Under the pieces are notes generated by a model that was not told the DNA's origin, searched no databases, and was given only the letters and a program-made list of their open reading frames with translations. DNA of 62,049 nt, filler included, from Candidatus Woesearchaeota archaeon (GTDB taxonomy: Archaea; Nanobdellota; Nanobdellia; Woesearchaeales; CAZJJJ01), in assembly GCA_046538795.1 (NCBI GenBank). It is 5 parts of 5 records of this genome, joined end to end, with 100 filler letters (N's around TTAATTAATTAA, not from the genome) between each part and the next. Parts side by side here need not be neighbours in the genome. Positions count along the whole stretch, not along the records: positions 46,708 to 54,334 come from JBKHIF010000062.1; positions 54,435 to 62,049 come from JBKHIF010000063.1; 3 more parts are not named here. One strand, 5' to 3'. Made by a program: the position numbers and the translations under genes. The number at the start of each line of letters is the position of its first letter. The first letter of the stretch is position 1. Positions 49,901-59,200 of this stretch are shown piece by piece.

Positions 49901-50471
49901 TTTCAAGCTGGTTCTTTAAAGAATTTTCATCAAATGCAAGATCTGCTCTCGGAAGACTCCATAATCCAAACTTGCAGTCTCCATGTCCTGAAAAAGATTC
50001 AGAATACTTAAACCTGCATGCGACACGCAAATATTCTTCAGCAGTAAAGCTCATATCAGATACGCCGCAGGAAGAATCATGCTCAGGACTCATCGGACAC
50101 GGATAGAAAAACGGAAGATCATTATCCTCTATTCTTATCATATAACTTATGTTAAAATCATAGTCAAGATTAGGATCATGATATTCATAATGAGGTATGG
50201 TTTCAGGACCTGCGTAATTCAACTGATAATTATACAAGCGTCCACCCTGCGTGCTAAGTTTTCTTATACCATCTCTTGCAACAGTCTGAAGACATGATGT
50301 AACATAGCTTTCGATTGAGCTTTTTGAAAGCATATTATCAACAATATCTTCAGCTTCCTGCTTAAGCTCTGCATTCTTTATTTTTGAAATCATAGAGAAT
50401 ACGAAAAAAAGTATGAAAAGTATAGCGACACCCGTTATTATAAATACTGTCACCTGTCCTCTTTTGCCCAT
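46998..50471 (-). CDS. Giant surface protein with class III signal peptide and Cys-rich C-terminal half
   Basis: MGKRGQ-VTVFIITGVAILF; N-domain homologous to 35185..37566; NRPP...A.DPD.D.L.Y Ig-like motif; many Cys repeats. Confidence 0.8.
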   Translation of the reverse strand: MGKRGQVTVFIITGVAILFILFFVFSMISKIKNAELKQEAEDIVDNMLSKSSIESYVTSCLQTVARDGIRKLSTQGGRLYNYQLNYAGPETIPHYEYHDPNLDYDFNISYMIRIEDNDLPFFYPCPMSPEHDSSCGVSDMSFTAEEYLRVACRFKYSESFSGHGDCKFGLWSLPRADLAFDENSLKNQLENYIENNILSCIDFDFFNNTEGRTIESGELDVEALFSYNDVRINFELPLGINMSNGFNYVTTTYYASLPTRIKTLYERLFYVRDSELTLETTDPGNDLVNGIEKYVLKRGLGFRPRIIEDVHFNDDILVIEDEKQTYSGMPDLYMFMIENRPPALSFINNSDDGNYDIRISSSDGVMINPNAVDPDDDRLLYIYRGWNADYNCSVENDPVSGNDLCNRVELSEPGFRNANDHSLAYDSSDGHAFIMPDPEAASCLQILENNPLSGGDCPVVFDDSGNAYYNTSLMVYDGELYDYQDILIEIEDDVIKPLPEIKPAYEYVFDVTTQNLLDPGIGSGMFDNVQTIVSLEDPYKLIHKGDSIMGGSNLGWILPNFNHDPLLYPQAKFNTTYMCTLLPTKEQCIETGGDYDINILNIKEMMTPGMTYYFIDTLVHGDIYGHIKNNNPYSEPWVEVTLATNPDSGSQETENYRVALVPCMPHRSEFLSYPYNPSAIDPYLANHTCCTSSFEYADTDTVCYSEDAWFCGTGDNDPDNNMINDIVHVDRIQKCSGTRGNVCDGDTADVVIESVACGDKGISDDARCSGCTDDPAFFKKEISEFSGCVFFSPGDNFEKDVMEITSSPYCNDYPECSSGEGKGHYAKGGPLSCKAYCNGEGGCDFATECVCSASCGASPQCDGLSPGDMTGTCSFGSPELADVCSDNCIIEDGTIFSYNPPACDSVDPMCDGKSNGDPVFSCGGGVQDFFSDVCDEDGTLADDPNHVCMSNGGGFSDCTGSSVCAGYSPGTVITNSGSCYVDEWGSVTNFAIMCDSECQPEESTMCLKCPGNDVDYVCNYKRPGTDFACGEHEPYKRASFRCDDDCQVGDYVCRANPCGAPEICDGIPPDTPIDADGIGGIESICRADCYHMDCSPYNYAVDKYNPYTGTDGACYDKSDFSDDTYGMTDEEKASVLCNDPSLGLDYGVLGNPECADT

Positions 50472-50532
50472 AAGAACATTATTTCAGAAAACTAGTATAA
50501 AATATTTTCTTAAAAAAACAGAACAAAAAAAG

Positions 50533-53500
50533 CTAATTAACTCTAAGCTTTCCGGTAAAGTCAGTCCAGGAATCAAATGCCCTTCCTTGAGGATTATTGA
50601 AACGGTCTTCGGCGATAAGTATATAATCATCTCCTAGCCTTGTGCAGTTTGTTCCTGCAACCACGCGACCCGGATAATTGCTGCTTTCAAAATTTCTGAA
50701 TGAAGAACAGACATCACCAATCATGTCTCCATAACCATCGATCTCCATCATGAAAATATTTCTTTTCTCATTACTCTCTCTTGAATACTTTGGTTCCATA
50801 GCAGCAAATATTGTCCTGTCATCAGATCTCTTGTTTACATAAACCTTATCAAAAAGACTGAATCTTGTGAAAAGCGATAGATCAAATTCATACTGGGTTT
50901 CTGCAATCCAGAACGGAGTTTGCGGCCTGTTAAGTATGTTATTCATAACTTCATTGTAAGGCGTGTGTATATAATTATTAACCAGATTGTAAAAAGGATT
51001 AGGATTTGAGTCATACTCTATGTCATAAGAATCTGAAGTTATAGTCAAAGGATCTTTTGAAAATATAGCAACCTGGCTAAAAGGATCATAATAAACATTT
51101 CCAATAGATGAACCAGGCCTGCATTCATAAAATCCAGGATTTGCTTTTAATAAAATATTATCATCAACCACATTGCTGCAAAAATTGATGTTATCTGAAA
51201 AAATTCTTGAAAATCCATTATTATAATAGTCTTCACTGTTAATATGTGTTCCATTTAAAGCAATGCCAAATATAGTTTTTTCGTTGTAATGGATAACGCA
51301 AAAATCATTCACTCTTGAAACATATGTATTTGCGCCAGTATAATATCTAAGAAGATTTTTTTCCACATTTAATCTTGCAACCAGATAAGTATAATTATTC
51401 ATGACCTCATCATAAGGGCCGCAGGCAAGTTCAAAATTATTTGGACCTGCAAGATGCATAAGGATGCCAGAAATATATTTTGCCTTGCTTGTCCAGATTC
51501 CACTTTCACAGATATAATTCTGATAGCCATCTCCACTTGATACGCATTCTCCGGTATCTCCATTAAAGCATTCAGAATCAGAATCACAAAAGCCCGCTCT
51601 TTTTGGATCATCTGTCCAGTCAAGTTTCTTGCTTCCATAACCCCATGTTCCATCAACACATGTCTTTCCAAGATCTCCGGTAAACTTAATCCCGGACTCA
51701 GTCTCATTTATGCAATAGCTTCCTGTCCAGCACCTGTCAGGAGTACAGCACCCATCTCTTCTCTCTACATAATAATAAGTCGAAGGTTCGCTTTGCTGTA
51801 TGCCATTATAGACTTCTGCTGTTTCAATCTGCACGTTATCAAATCTTGCAATATCTCCGTCACCTTCAAATCTTACATCAACCTCTGAGTCTGAAGTTAC
51901 AGAAAACTGAAAGTATATTCTCTGCCAATCCGAATGATCAAAGGGATTTCCTGAATTTTTCTGAGAACTATAACAAGTGTTTCCTGAAGATACACAGATA
52001 TCTCCCTGTCCCTGTACCCATGCAGACATTATATACGTCCCTGCTTCAAGAGATAGTGTTCTTGTTCCTGTCGAACCAGAACCGCACTGAAGATATTTTG
52101 TCCAGAGATCATCATCTTCCTGAGATATTGTGCCCGGATAATCATGAGTAATTATATTAGCTGACGGTCTGTCAAACGCAGAAGTCATGACATCATCAAA
52201 GCCTCCTGTATTATCATCGGAAATTATGCATTCTCCAACATAATCTCCTAAACTGTTAAGCTCAAAACCTGAGTTGTCAAAAAGATTGAAAGAATAACCA
52301 TGTAATGTTCTTTCACTTATCACACCATTTTCAAAAACAGGATCAACATTAGAATTAAGGTCTATATCCATGTTTTCTGAAACATATTCCCCATCAAAAC
52401 AAAAATATTCTCCTCTGCTCACATCTGAAAAATCATAACCTTTACAGACATCATCATTAATAAGATAATCTTTTTCAGAAGCAAAATCATTTTCCTGACA
52501 GATATGAAACTGTCCGTTTGCATTCAGGATCTTGCTTCCCACAGGTCTTAATTCTATTTTTTTAAGATAAATAATTCCTGCATCTGAAGATATGGTGATC
52601 TTATGTTTTCGATCAGATGGTTTGAAATTAAATGAATAAGCAGGGCTTCCCACTGAAGTTCCATCATCAACATTTCCATTATTAGTAAAGTTAACTAATA
52701 TATCCTCATCAAAATAATCTGAAGATATTCTCATCCTGTCTGATGTTCCTGTTGCAGATTCTGCATGAATCTTCATCTCATATTCTAAACCAGGTGTTAG
52801 CGAAAGCGCATATTTTGTTGAGATTGAATCACCATTCTCAAGTATGATATTACCCCCACTTTTTTCTATGGTTGATGGATTAAGAATCCAAAATTTAATA
52901 TCGCCTGTTGTTCCTGCAAGATTAGGATTTAAAACCAACGAATATGTATAATCATCTCCTGAACTGTATTCTCCTATGATTTCATCAAGTAATTGGCCAT
53001 GTTTAATTTTTCTTCCGTTCCAGCAGCCGCCTACATGATTATTAAGATTGTCTGCAATCAATGTTTCACTGAGATCAGAATAATATTCAAATACTCCCTG
53101 TTCGATATAATCATCACCACAACACTTGGTCATCGTATTATCAAAATCAAGATAAATATCATCTTCAACCATTGCAAAAGACGCATCGCAGGCGCCTGAA
53201 GAAAGCTGAGTGATAGAAGTTCCATCTGAATCTTTATCAAGATCAGTTGTCCAGGTATTATCTTCACCGCAAAAATACACTTTTTGATTTCCAGAATCAT
53301 CTATAACAGAAATAAATTCTCCCCTGGTATCGCATTTTTCCCAAGCCTCAACAGAATTGCTGTTGTTAATCATTATTTCCAAAGTATCTTCATTTATCAG
53401 ATAATCAGAATCTGTATAAGAACAAAGATAATCATTTCCCTGCACAGTTTTTATTCCGGCTTCTCTTATTTTATTTGAATAATAGAAACTATCAACAAGA

Positions 53501-54213
53501 TAAATAATATAAGAATCTCGTTCAGCCATATATGGATGATAGAAATTATCAAAATTATTTTCAATATCGCATGCATACCAACCATCCTGGCCCGCTAAAA
53601 CCCTGTAAGAATATGAACCATCACTAACTTCAAAACTATTTCCTCTTTCTACATTATAATTTTCCCATCTGGAACCTGATGGTGAACCTACACACATATA
53701 ATCTCCTGTTCCTGAACCAAAATCAGTAAGGTCATCTCCGCAGCATTTTGCTTCTGAATTATCAAGCCAATTAGTTTCTCCTGAACCTCCGCTTGTAGGA
53801 AAACAGCTGCAAAGATTTTCACTATCATCATAATCAAAAGGATAACTTATAGTGAAATCCTGTTCTCTTTTTTTCCAATTTATTGCTTCTTCTCCATTTT
53901 CATGAGTATCTTTTGAGCATGAGCCGCCTTCTGATTGTCTCACAGAAACAATCAACTTAAAACTCTTTGGATTTGTCTGTTGGCACAAGATACTTCCTGA
54001 AGACACCGGACCATTAATTCCAAGTTCATCTTTAAGATCTATGTTGAAGCTGCCTGAGTTTTTGCCTGTAGAAGTCCACGGATTAATCTCCTTTCCAGCT
54101 TGATCAGTAACCCTGTATTGGATACTTGCTTCAGATGCATAAGAACAAAAGAGAATAAAGATAAGCGATATAAATATAACAAAGCTTCTCATTCCTCCTG
54201 AAACATTTCGCAT
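50533..54213 (-). CDS. Giant secreted Cys/Asp-rich protein with carbohydrate-binding-module-like segments
   Basis: Signal peptide; repeated CCGDD motifs; NL..NSGFE...Y..SAWV.G...W.R....F....FDNVQIE segment. Confidence 0.8.
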   Translation of the reverse strand: MRNVSGGMRSFVIFISLIFILFCSYASEASIQYRVTDQAGKEINPWTSTGKNSGSFNIDLKDELGINGPVSSGSILCQQTNPKSFKLIVSVRQSEGGSCSKDTHENGEEAINWKKREQDFTISYPFDYDDSENLCSCFPTSGGSGETNWLDNSEAKCCGDDLTDFGSGTGDYMCVGSPSGSRWENYNVERGNSFEVSDGSYSYRVLAGQDGWYACDIENNFDNFYHPYMAERDSYIIYLVDSFYYSNKIREAGIKTVQGNDYLCSYTDSDYLINEDTLEIMINNSNSVEAWEKCDTRGEFISVIDDSGNQKVYFCGEDNTWTTDLDKDSDGTSITQLSSGACDASFAMVEDDIYLDFDNTMTKCCGDDYIEQGVFEYYSDLSETLIADNLNNHVGGCWNGRKIKHGQLLDEIIGEYSSGDDYTYSLVLNPNLAGTTGDIKFWILNPSTIEKSGGNIILENGDSISTKYALSLTPGLEYEMKIHAESATGTSDRMRISSDYFDEDILVNFTNNGNVDDGTSVGSPAYSFNFKPSDRKHKITISSDAGIIYLKKIELRPVGSKILNANGQFHICQENDFASEKDYLINDDVCKGYDFSDVSRGEYFCFDGEYVSENMDIDLNSNVDPVFENGVISERTLHGYSFNLFDNSGFELNSLGDYVGECIISDDNTGGFDDVMTSAFDRPSANIITHDYPGTISQEDDDLWTKYLQCGSGSTGTRTLSLEAGTYIMSAWVQGQGDICVSSGNTCYSSQKNSGNPFDHSDWQRIYFQFSVTSDSEVDVRFEGDGDIARFDNVQIETAEVYNGIQQSEPSTYYYVERRDGCCTPDRCWTGSYCINETESGIKFTGDLGKTCVDGTWGYGSKKLDWTDDPKRAGFCDSDSECFNGDTGECVSSGDGYQNYICESGIWTSKAKYISGILMHLAGPNNFELACGPYDEVMNNYTYLVARLNVEKNLLRYYTGANTYVSRVNDFCVIHYNEKTIFGIALNGTHINSEDYYNNGFSRIFSDNINFCSNVVDDNILLKANPGFYECRPGSSIGNVYYDPFSQVAIFSKDPLTITSDSYDIEYDSNPNPFYNLVNNYIHTPYNEVMNNILNRPQTPFWIAETQYEFDLSLFTRFSLFDKVYVNKRSDDRTIFAAMEPKYSRESNEKRNIFMMEIDGYGDMIGDVCSSFRNFESSNYPGRVVAGTNCTRLGDDYILIAEDRFNNPQGRAFDSWTDFTGKLRVN

Positions 54214-54258
54214 GTTTGTTTTTATACATTACTGCTTTATAAATATTATGGAAGAAAA

Positions 54259-54334
54259 TCAATAGCTACCATGAGAACTATGGCTGCTATGGGAACCATG
54301 GCTGCTATGGGAACCATGGCTGCTATGGGAACCA
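54259..54334 (-). CDS. C-terminus of a His-Xaa-Ser repeat protein, 5'-truncated by contig edge
   Basis: Minus strand reads GSHSSHGSHSSHGSHSSHSSHGSY*, with TGA at 54259-54261. Confidence 0.6.
54280..54334. repeat. 18-bp tandem repeat ATGGCTGCTATGGGAACC x3, running into the contig end
   Basis: Perfect copies at 54280, 54298 and 54316, preceded by degenerate units. Confidence 0.9.
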
Positions 54335-54434
54335 NNNNNNNNNNNNNNNNNNNNNNNNNNNNNNNNNNNNNNNNNNNNTTAATTAATTAANNNNNNNNNN
54401 NNNNNNNNNNNNNNNNNNNNNNNNNNNNNNNNNN
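54335..54434. other. Artificial contig spacer
   Basis: 44N-TTAATTAATTAA-44N. Confidence 0.97.
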
Positions 54435-54972
54435 TATATTCTGTTTTGAGTTGTGAAATGTAATTTTTCATTTCTTCGCTTTCTCTAATCAAGTCTTCAT
54501 CTATTCTTGCATTATACTGCTGATACAGGTCGTTTGTTAATGCTTCTTCGTCTACATCGAGAGTGAAGCTTATTCCGCCTGCGAGGTCAAGTCCGAGAGT
54601 AATAGTTTTTTTCTTGAGTTCTTTGAGTTCTTCTATTCTTATAAGTTGATTTCTGAGATTTTTTGCTCTTTCTATTTCAACAAAGAATTCATCTGTCAGT
54701 TTTTTAATTTCTTCCTGACTCAATTTTTTTCTTGAACCGGGTAGTATTTTGGTTCTGAATGTTTCTCTGTCTATATCAAACTTATATGAATCTATATCAA
54801 GCGCTACGCCGAATTTATTTGTGATTCTAATATCGAGTTTTGCCGGAATTTTACTTTCCTGTTCCGGGCTTATAATTCGCGGGTATCTGTATAATTTATC
54901 GTTATTATTGAGTATTTCTCTCATATTATTTACGCTTTTTCTTAATTCCTTTAATGTAATTTCTGTTTTCAT
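54435..54972 (-). CDS. Truncated ORF with a SecD-type LGLDLAGG motif
   Basis: KKKTITLGLDLAGGISFTLDVD; no N-terminal TM helix; frame open into the N run. Confidence 0.5.
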
Positions 54973-54979
54973 TTTTCTT

Positions 54980-56107
54980 CTATGCAAAATTTGCAAGTGT
55001 TTTTTGTTGATATCCGTTGATTGTTATGAATGGTTCTGCTCGTTTCACAACAATACCCATTTGTTTTAGTTCAGTTTTTTTTTCTATCCGTATGCCTTTT
55101 TCCTGAAGTTCCATTATCTTGTAGGCAGAATTGATCCCTATTCCAGGAATCCTTATTAGATCATTATATCCTGCTTCATTTATGTCAACAGCAGAATCAA
55201 AATAGTTTCTTGCGATATGTATCTTAGGATCATCTTTAGGAAGATTATTCTTGTCATTTAGGATTTCTTTTATCTCTTTGAACCTGAATTTGTATACGCG
55301 CAAAAGCCAGTCTGTATTGTAAAGCCGGTTTTCTCTCAAAAGCGGAGTCTTTGATTTCTTTTCAAGAGGTGTTCCTTCTATCGGTGTGAATGCAGAAAAA
55401 TATGCTCTTCTCAATTTTACATTATCATATTCCCATTTCATCGCATTAAGAATCTCAAGGTCAGATTCATCTGAACTTCCGACTACCATCTGTGTTGTCT
55501 GTCCTGAAGGTATCTTTAATCTTGAGATCCATCTTTGCCGCCTTATTATGTCGCTTTTGAAATCTTTTATGTGAGATATTTCAGGCATCCTTGATGAATT
55601 AGGAACCTCAAGATTGATCGACATCCTGTCGGCATATTCAGAGCATTGTTTCAACAGATCCTGGTTTACTCCCGGAAGGGCCTTGAAGTGTATGTAGCCA
55701 TGAAATTTGTATCTTTCTCTTATGTATTTAACTGCATCAAGCATGTTTTCTGTAGTTCTGTCAGGATCCCTTATGACCCCTGAACTCAAGAAAAGTCCCT
55801 CTACATAATTTTTTACATAAAGGCGCATGAAAACCTTAGCAAGCTGCTTAGGCTCATAGGTTGCAGTTTTTCTTCTGGTGCAGCCGGTATTTTGGCAGTA
55901 TCTGCAGTCATAGCTGCATTCGTTGCTCATAAGGGTCTTGAAAAGAGACACACACCTTCCATCTGCAGTGAACGAATGACAAATCCCTCCTGATGCAGCA
56001 TTTCCTATCCTGTCATCAGTTGTTGTCTTTCTTTTTGATGCAGAGCTTGCACAGAGATCGTATTTTGAAGATTCAGATAATAACTTTACCTTGTCGAGTA
56101 TTTCCAT
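54980..56107 (-). CDS. Putative DNA modification/repair radical SAM protein with C-terminal HhH (TIGR03916-like)
   Basis: KYDLCASS, GICHSFTADGRCVSLFKTL, CSYDCRYC, RENRLY..DWLLR.Y, DIN.A....LIRIPGIG; ATG 56107. Confidence 0.9.
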   Translation of the reverse strand: MEILDKVKLLSESSKYDLCASSASKRKTTTDDRIGNAASGGICHSFTADGRCVSLFKTLMSNECSYDCRYCQNTGCTRRKTATYEPKQLAKVFMRLYVKNYVEGLFLSSGVIRDPDRTTENMLDAVKYIRERYKFHGYIHFKALPGVNQDLLKQCSEYADRMSINLEVPNSSRMPEISHIKDFKSDIIRRQRWISRLKIPSGQTTQMVVGSSDESDLEILNAMKWEYDNVKLRRAYFSAFTPIEGTPLEKKSKTPLLRENRLYNTDWLLRVYKFRFKEIKEILNDKNNLPKDDPKIHIARNYFDSAVDINEAGYNDLIRIPGIGINSAYKIMELQEKGIRIEKKTELKQMGIVVKRAEPFITINGYQQKTLANFA

Positions 56108-56202
56108 AAGAATATGTCTTTGTTTTTTATTTAAATAGCTCACTTGAGTATTTGTCCAGTGTCCAGTGGAAATATGTGGTAAAATTAATAAACTATCCAA
56201 GC

Positions 56203-59200
56203 ATGAACCTATATATGGACAAAAATGTTTTGATTCTCATGATCTTTTTTTTTTTATCGCATAGTGTTTTTGCTTTAGAATATTATGTAGATACAGATTC
56301 TATCGGTGGGGGGTGTTCAGACAGCAATCCTGGAACGATAGATCTGCCTTTTTGCACTCTCGGACAGGCAGAATCTGTATCTTTGCCTGGAGATAGGATA
56401 TATGTACGAGCAGGTATATATCGAGAAGAACTAAAGATAGACAGCTATGGTGATGATGGTTCTCCTATCGTTTACGAGGCTTATGATGGCGAAACTGTTG
56501 TCATAGATGGCTCTGAGATCATAAGTTCATGGACACCATGTCCTTCTCAAGATGCATGTCTTGGCAATCCAAACTGGCAGGAGATATACTATACGCAGAT
56601 AGATTATCACACAGACAAGTTATTTGAAGATGGGGTGCTGATGACAAATGCACGTGAACCTGATTTCGGTTATTATAATTCTACAAAAGGATCTTCTGGA
56701 TTTTCTGTTCTGATATCACATCCATCTTCATTAGAGGGAACTTCAGGTGATTACAGAGGAGCCTTGGCAGAATTTCAGGGAACAAGCACGACAGCTTCAA
56801 ACGATCGCAACAATCTGATATATGATAAGTATGTTGTTACAGATTATGATGATTCTTCTGGACAGATGTTTTTTGATTATTCTAATATGACACCCCTGTG
56901 GGGCCATAGTTTTGATGATTTTTTAGGGGAGGTGTGGTTTTATTTAAGAAATAAGGTTAATTTTATCGACAGGCCTGGCGAATGGGCTCTTGTAGATTAT
57001 TTTTCTGATGCGCCTTATACGATATATTTCTGGCCTCCTGGGGGCGATCCTTCAGGAAGCGTGATAGAAGCAGCAAGACGCCAGGAGGCGATAACAGGGA
57101 TCTTTAGCTCAGAAAATCTGGTCTTCAAAGGTATTGATGTGAGAAAGACGAACAAATATCCAACGATCAATTATGGGACAGGATTCAGTTTTAATTCTGG
57201 AGCGAGAAATATAATCATAAATGATTCTGAGATGAGCTACAATCAAAAAGCTATCGTCTTAAGACAGATGGATGGTTTTGTAGTAGATGGTTGCTATGTA
57301 CATGATAATTATGATGGTTTTATCTTCGGTTCCGGTCTTGATGGTCCGTCTATCGCTGATCCGCAAATGAATCATATCATAGATACTGAGATCGGACCTA
57401 ACGGAGGAGATGCGATACAGATCTACAGCGAGGCAAACATAACAGTAAAAAACAGTTATCTTCACAACCATATAAGCGACAGGAAACATTCAGATAATTT
57501 CCAGACAAGAGCGGTAAGCGGTGTATTCCTATACAATAACACCATACATGACGGAGGACAGAATCTTGTCATACAGGATACTGACAATATGGTTCTTGAA
57601 GGCAATCTCATATATAATTCTCATGCAAGATCTCTTCTTCTTGACACAGACACAAATGATGATCTCTTGGTAAAAGGAAATACATTCGGTTATTCATATT
57701 ATATGTTGCTTATAACGTTCACCGACACCATCTTTGAAGATAATCTTTATGATACAGGAGACCATTACCCGGTCCAGTATATCCACGATTATCTTGATAG
57801 GATAGCTTATTCAAACTACAATTATTATCCTGATTATGTTACGATAATGGTTCATGGGAACCCCTGGACCCAGATAGATATTCCTGACTGGCAGGCCATG
57901 GGTTTTGACCTGGATTCTATATTTGAAGGAGGAAGTTCTTTTGCTAATGTTCCTTCAGGGGTATATAGTGTAGAATACTTTTATGAACGTGATGATATAA
58001 GGCTTAAGGATATTTCTGATGTGTCTGATGTTTTCAGTGTCGGTGACATTATTGAGTATGCGAATGATGGTGTTGCAAGGATCGTCACAGGAGTTGATAA
58101 AGACTCCATACAAATATCTCCTGCACTCCCTTATGATAACATTGGTTCTATGTGGGGTAATTATGTATTGCACTGGGGCTCAAATACAGACATAACAGAA
58201 GATTACACTCCCTCAGGAAACGTCTGTACAGGTTCAAGTTCAGGAAGCTATATAGGTGCTGTGGCTTGTGAAAAAACTGTTGTCGACAGATGCATGGGTA
58301 ATTGTACGAACAACATAACTCAATACGGGATAACATGGACATTTGACAAGGAATACGAATATGGCCGGTTCGTGAATGGTGATTATTGGGTTGTTGGTCC
58401 TGTGAATATAACTTTTGTAGATCCGTCTCCTGTCATAATTGATGGAGAGGCTATGCATGGTTCTATGATCGATCCGGGTATCGGACAATCATATGATTCA
58501 AGGACATATCATTATGATGGTTCATCAAGTGTTGATTTCCCTGTTTTGATTGATGTAGACAGTTCGCTTGTATCTACGATAAGCAATATCGAGGCAGAAT
58601 GTGATGTGCGTGGGGGCCAAGAACCAGGCGCTTATGATTGGACTGGTTTTTGTAGCCCTTTCAAACCCGGAAGACCTTATGTTAAGACAGCAGCAGTACT
58701 TACTGTCGTGGGTGAAAATGTTCCTGAAGGTACATTCAGGCCAAGCTTCAACGGAGAAGATAAAAGATATCATCATGAAGATCAGATAAGATGGGATATC
58801 ATCCCTTCTTTTACGCCCCCGGATAACATGAACGATAATGAGACTTACTATCTACGTGGTCTTGAAAGACCATGGCTTATGCATATCCCTGATTGGAGCG
58901 CAAGAAGTCTTCATCCGAGCTTAAATATGTTCAACAATCATTCTAATATATTATCTTTTGTCCAGGCAGCATTTCTTACATCTCTTCTGGATATACCATA
59001 TAAAGAAGAACTTGTCAAAAGCTTGATACAAAATGGTATCGACACTTATGGTCTTGTACTGCAAGGTCATGGAAGCAGTGCTGTGGGGAAACTTCCTGTT
59101 TTGTTTGCAGGAACTATGTTAGATGATCCTGAAATGTTAAATCTATATATGGATAATATAAGTAAGACGCCTTTCAGAGAAGATTGGATGACTTATTATC

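Noticed and set aside
54280..54334. 18-bp repeat as a CRISPR array or as a plus-strand MAAMGT peptide
   Set aside because: There are no spacers and no cas genes. The minus-strand HxS reading has a proper stop and synonymous variation, so it is preferred.
54259..56107. His-Xaa-Ser peptide and nearby radical SAM as one RiPP cluster
   Set aside because: They lie on different contigs across an artificial spacer, and the radical SAM is the HhH DNA-repair type with no SPASM domain.
56108..56202. Apparent head-to-head overlap of ORFs 54980..56200 and 56152..59934
   Set aside because: Caused by extension to upstream alternative starts. The likely ATGs at 56107 and 56203/56215 leave a 95-nt divergent promoter region.
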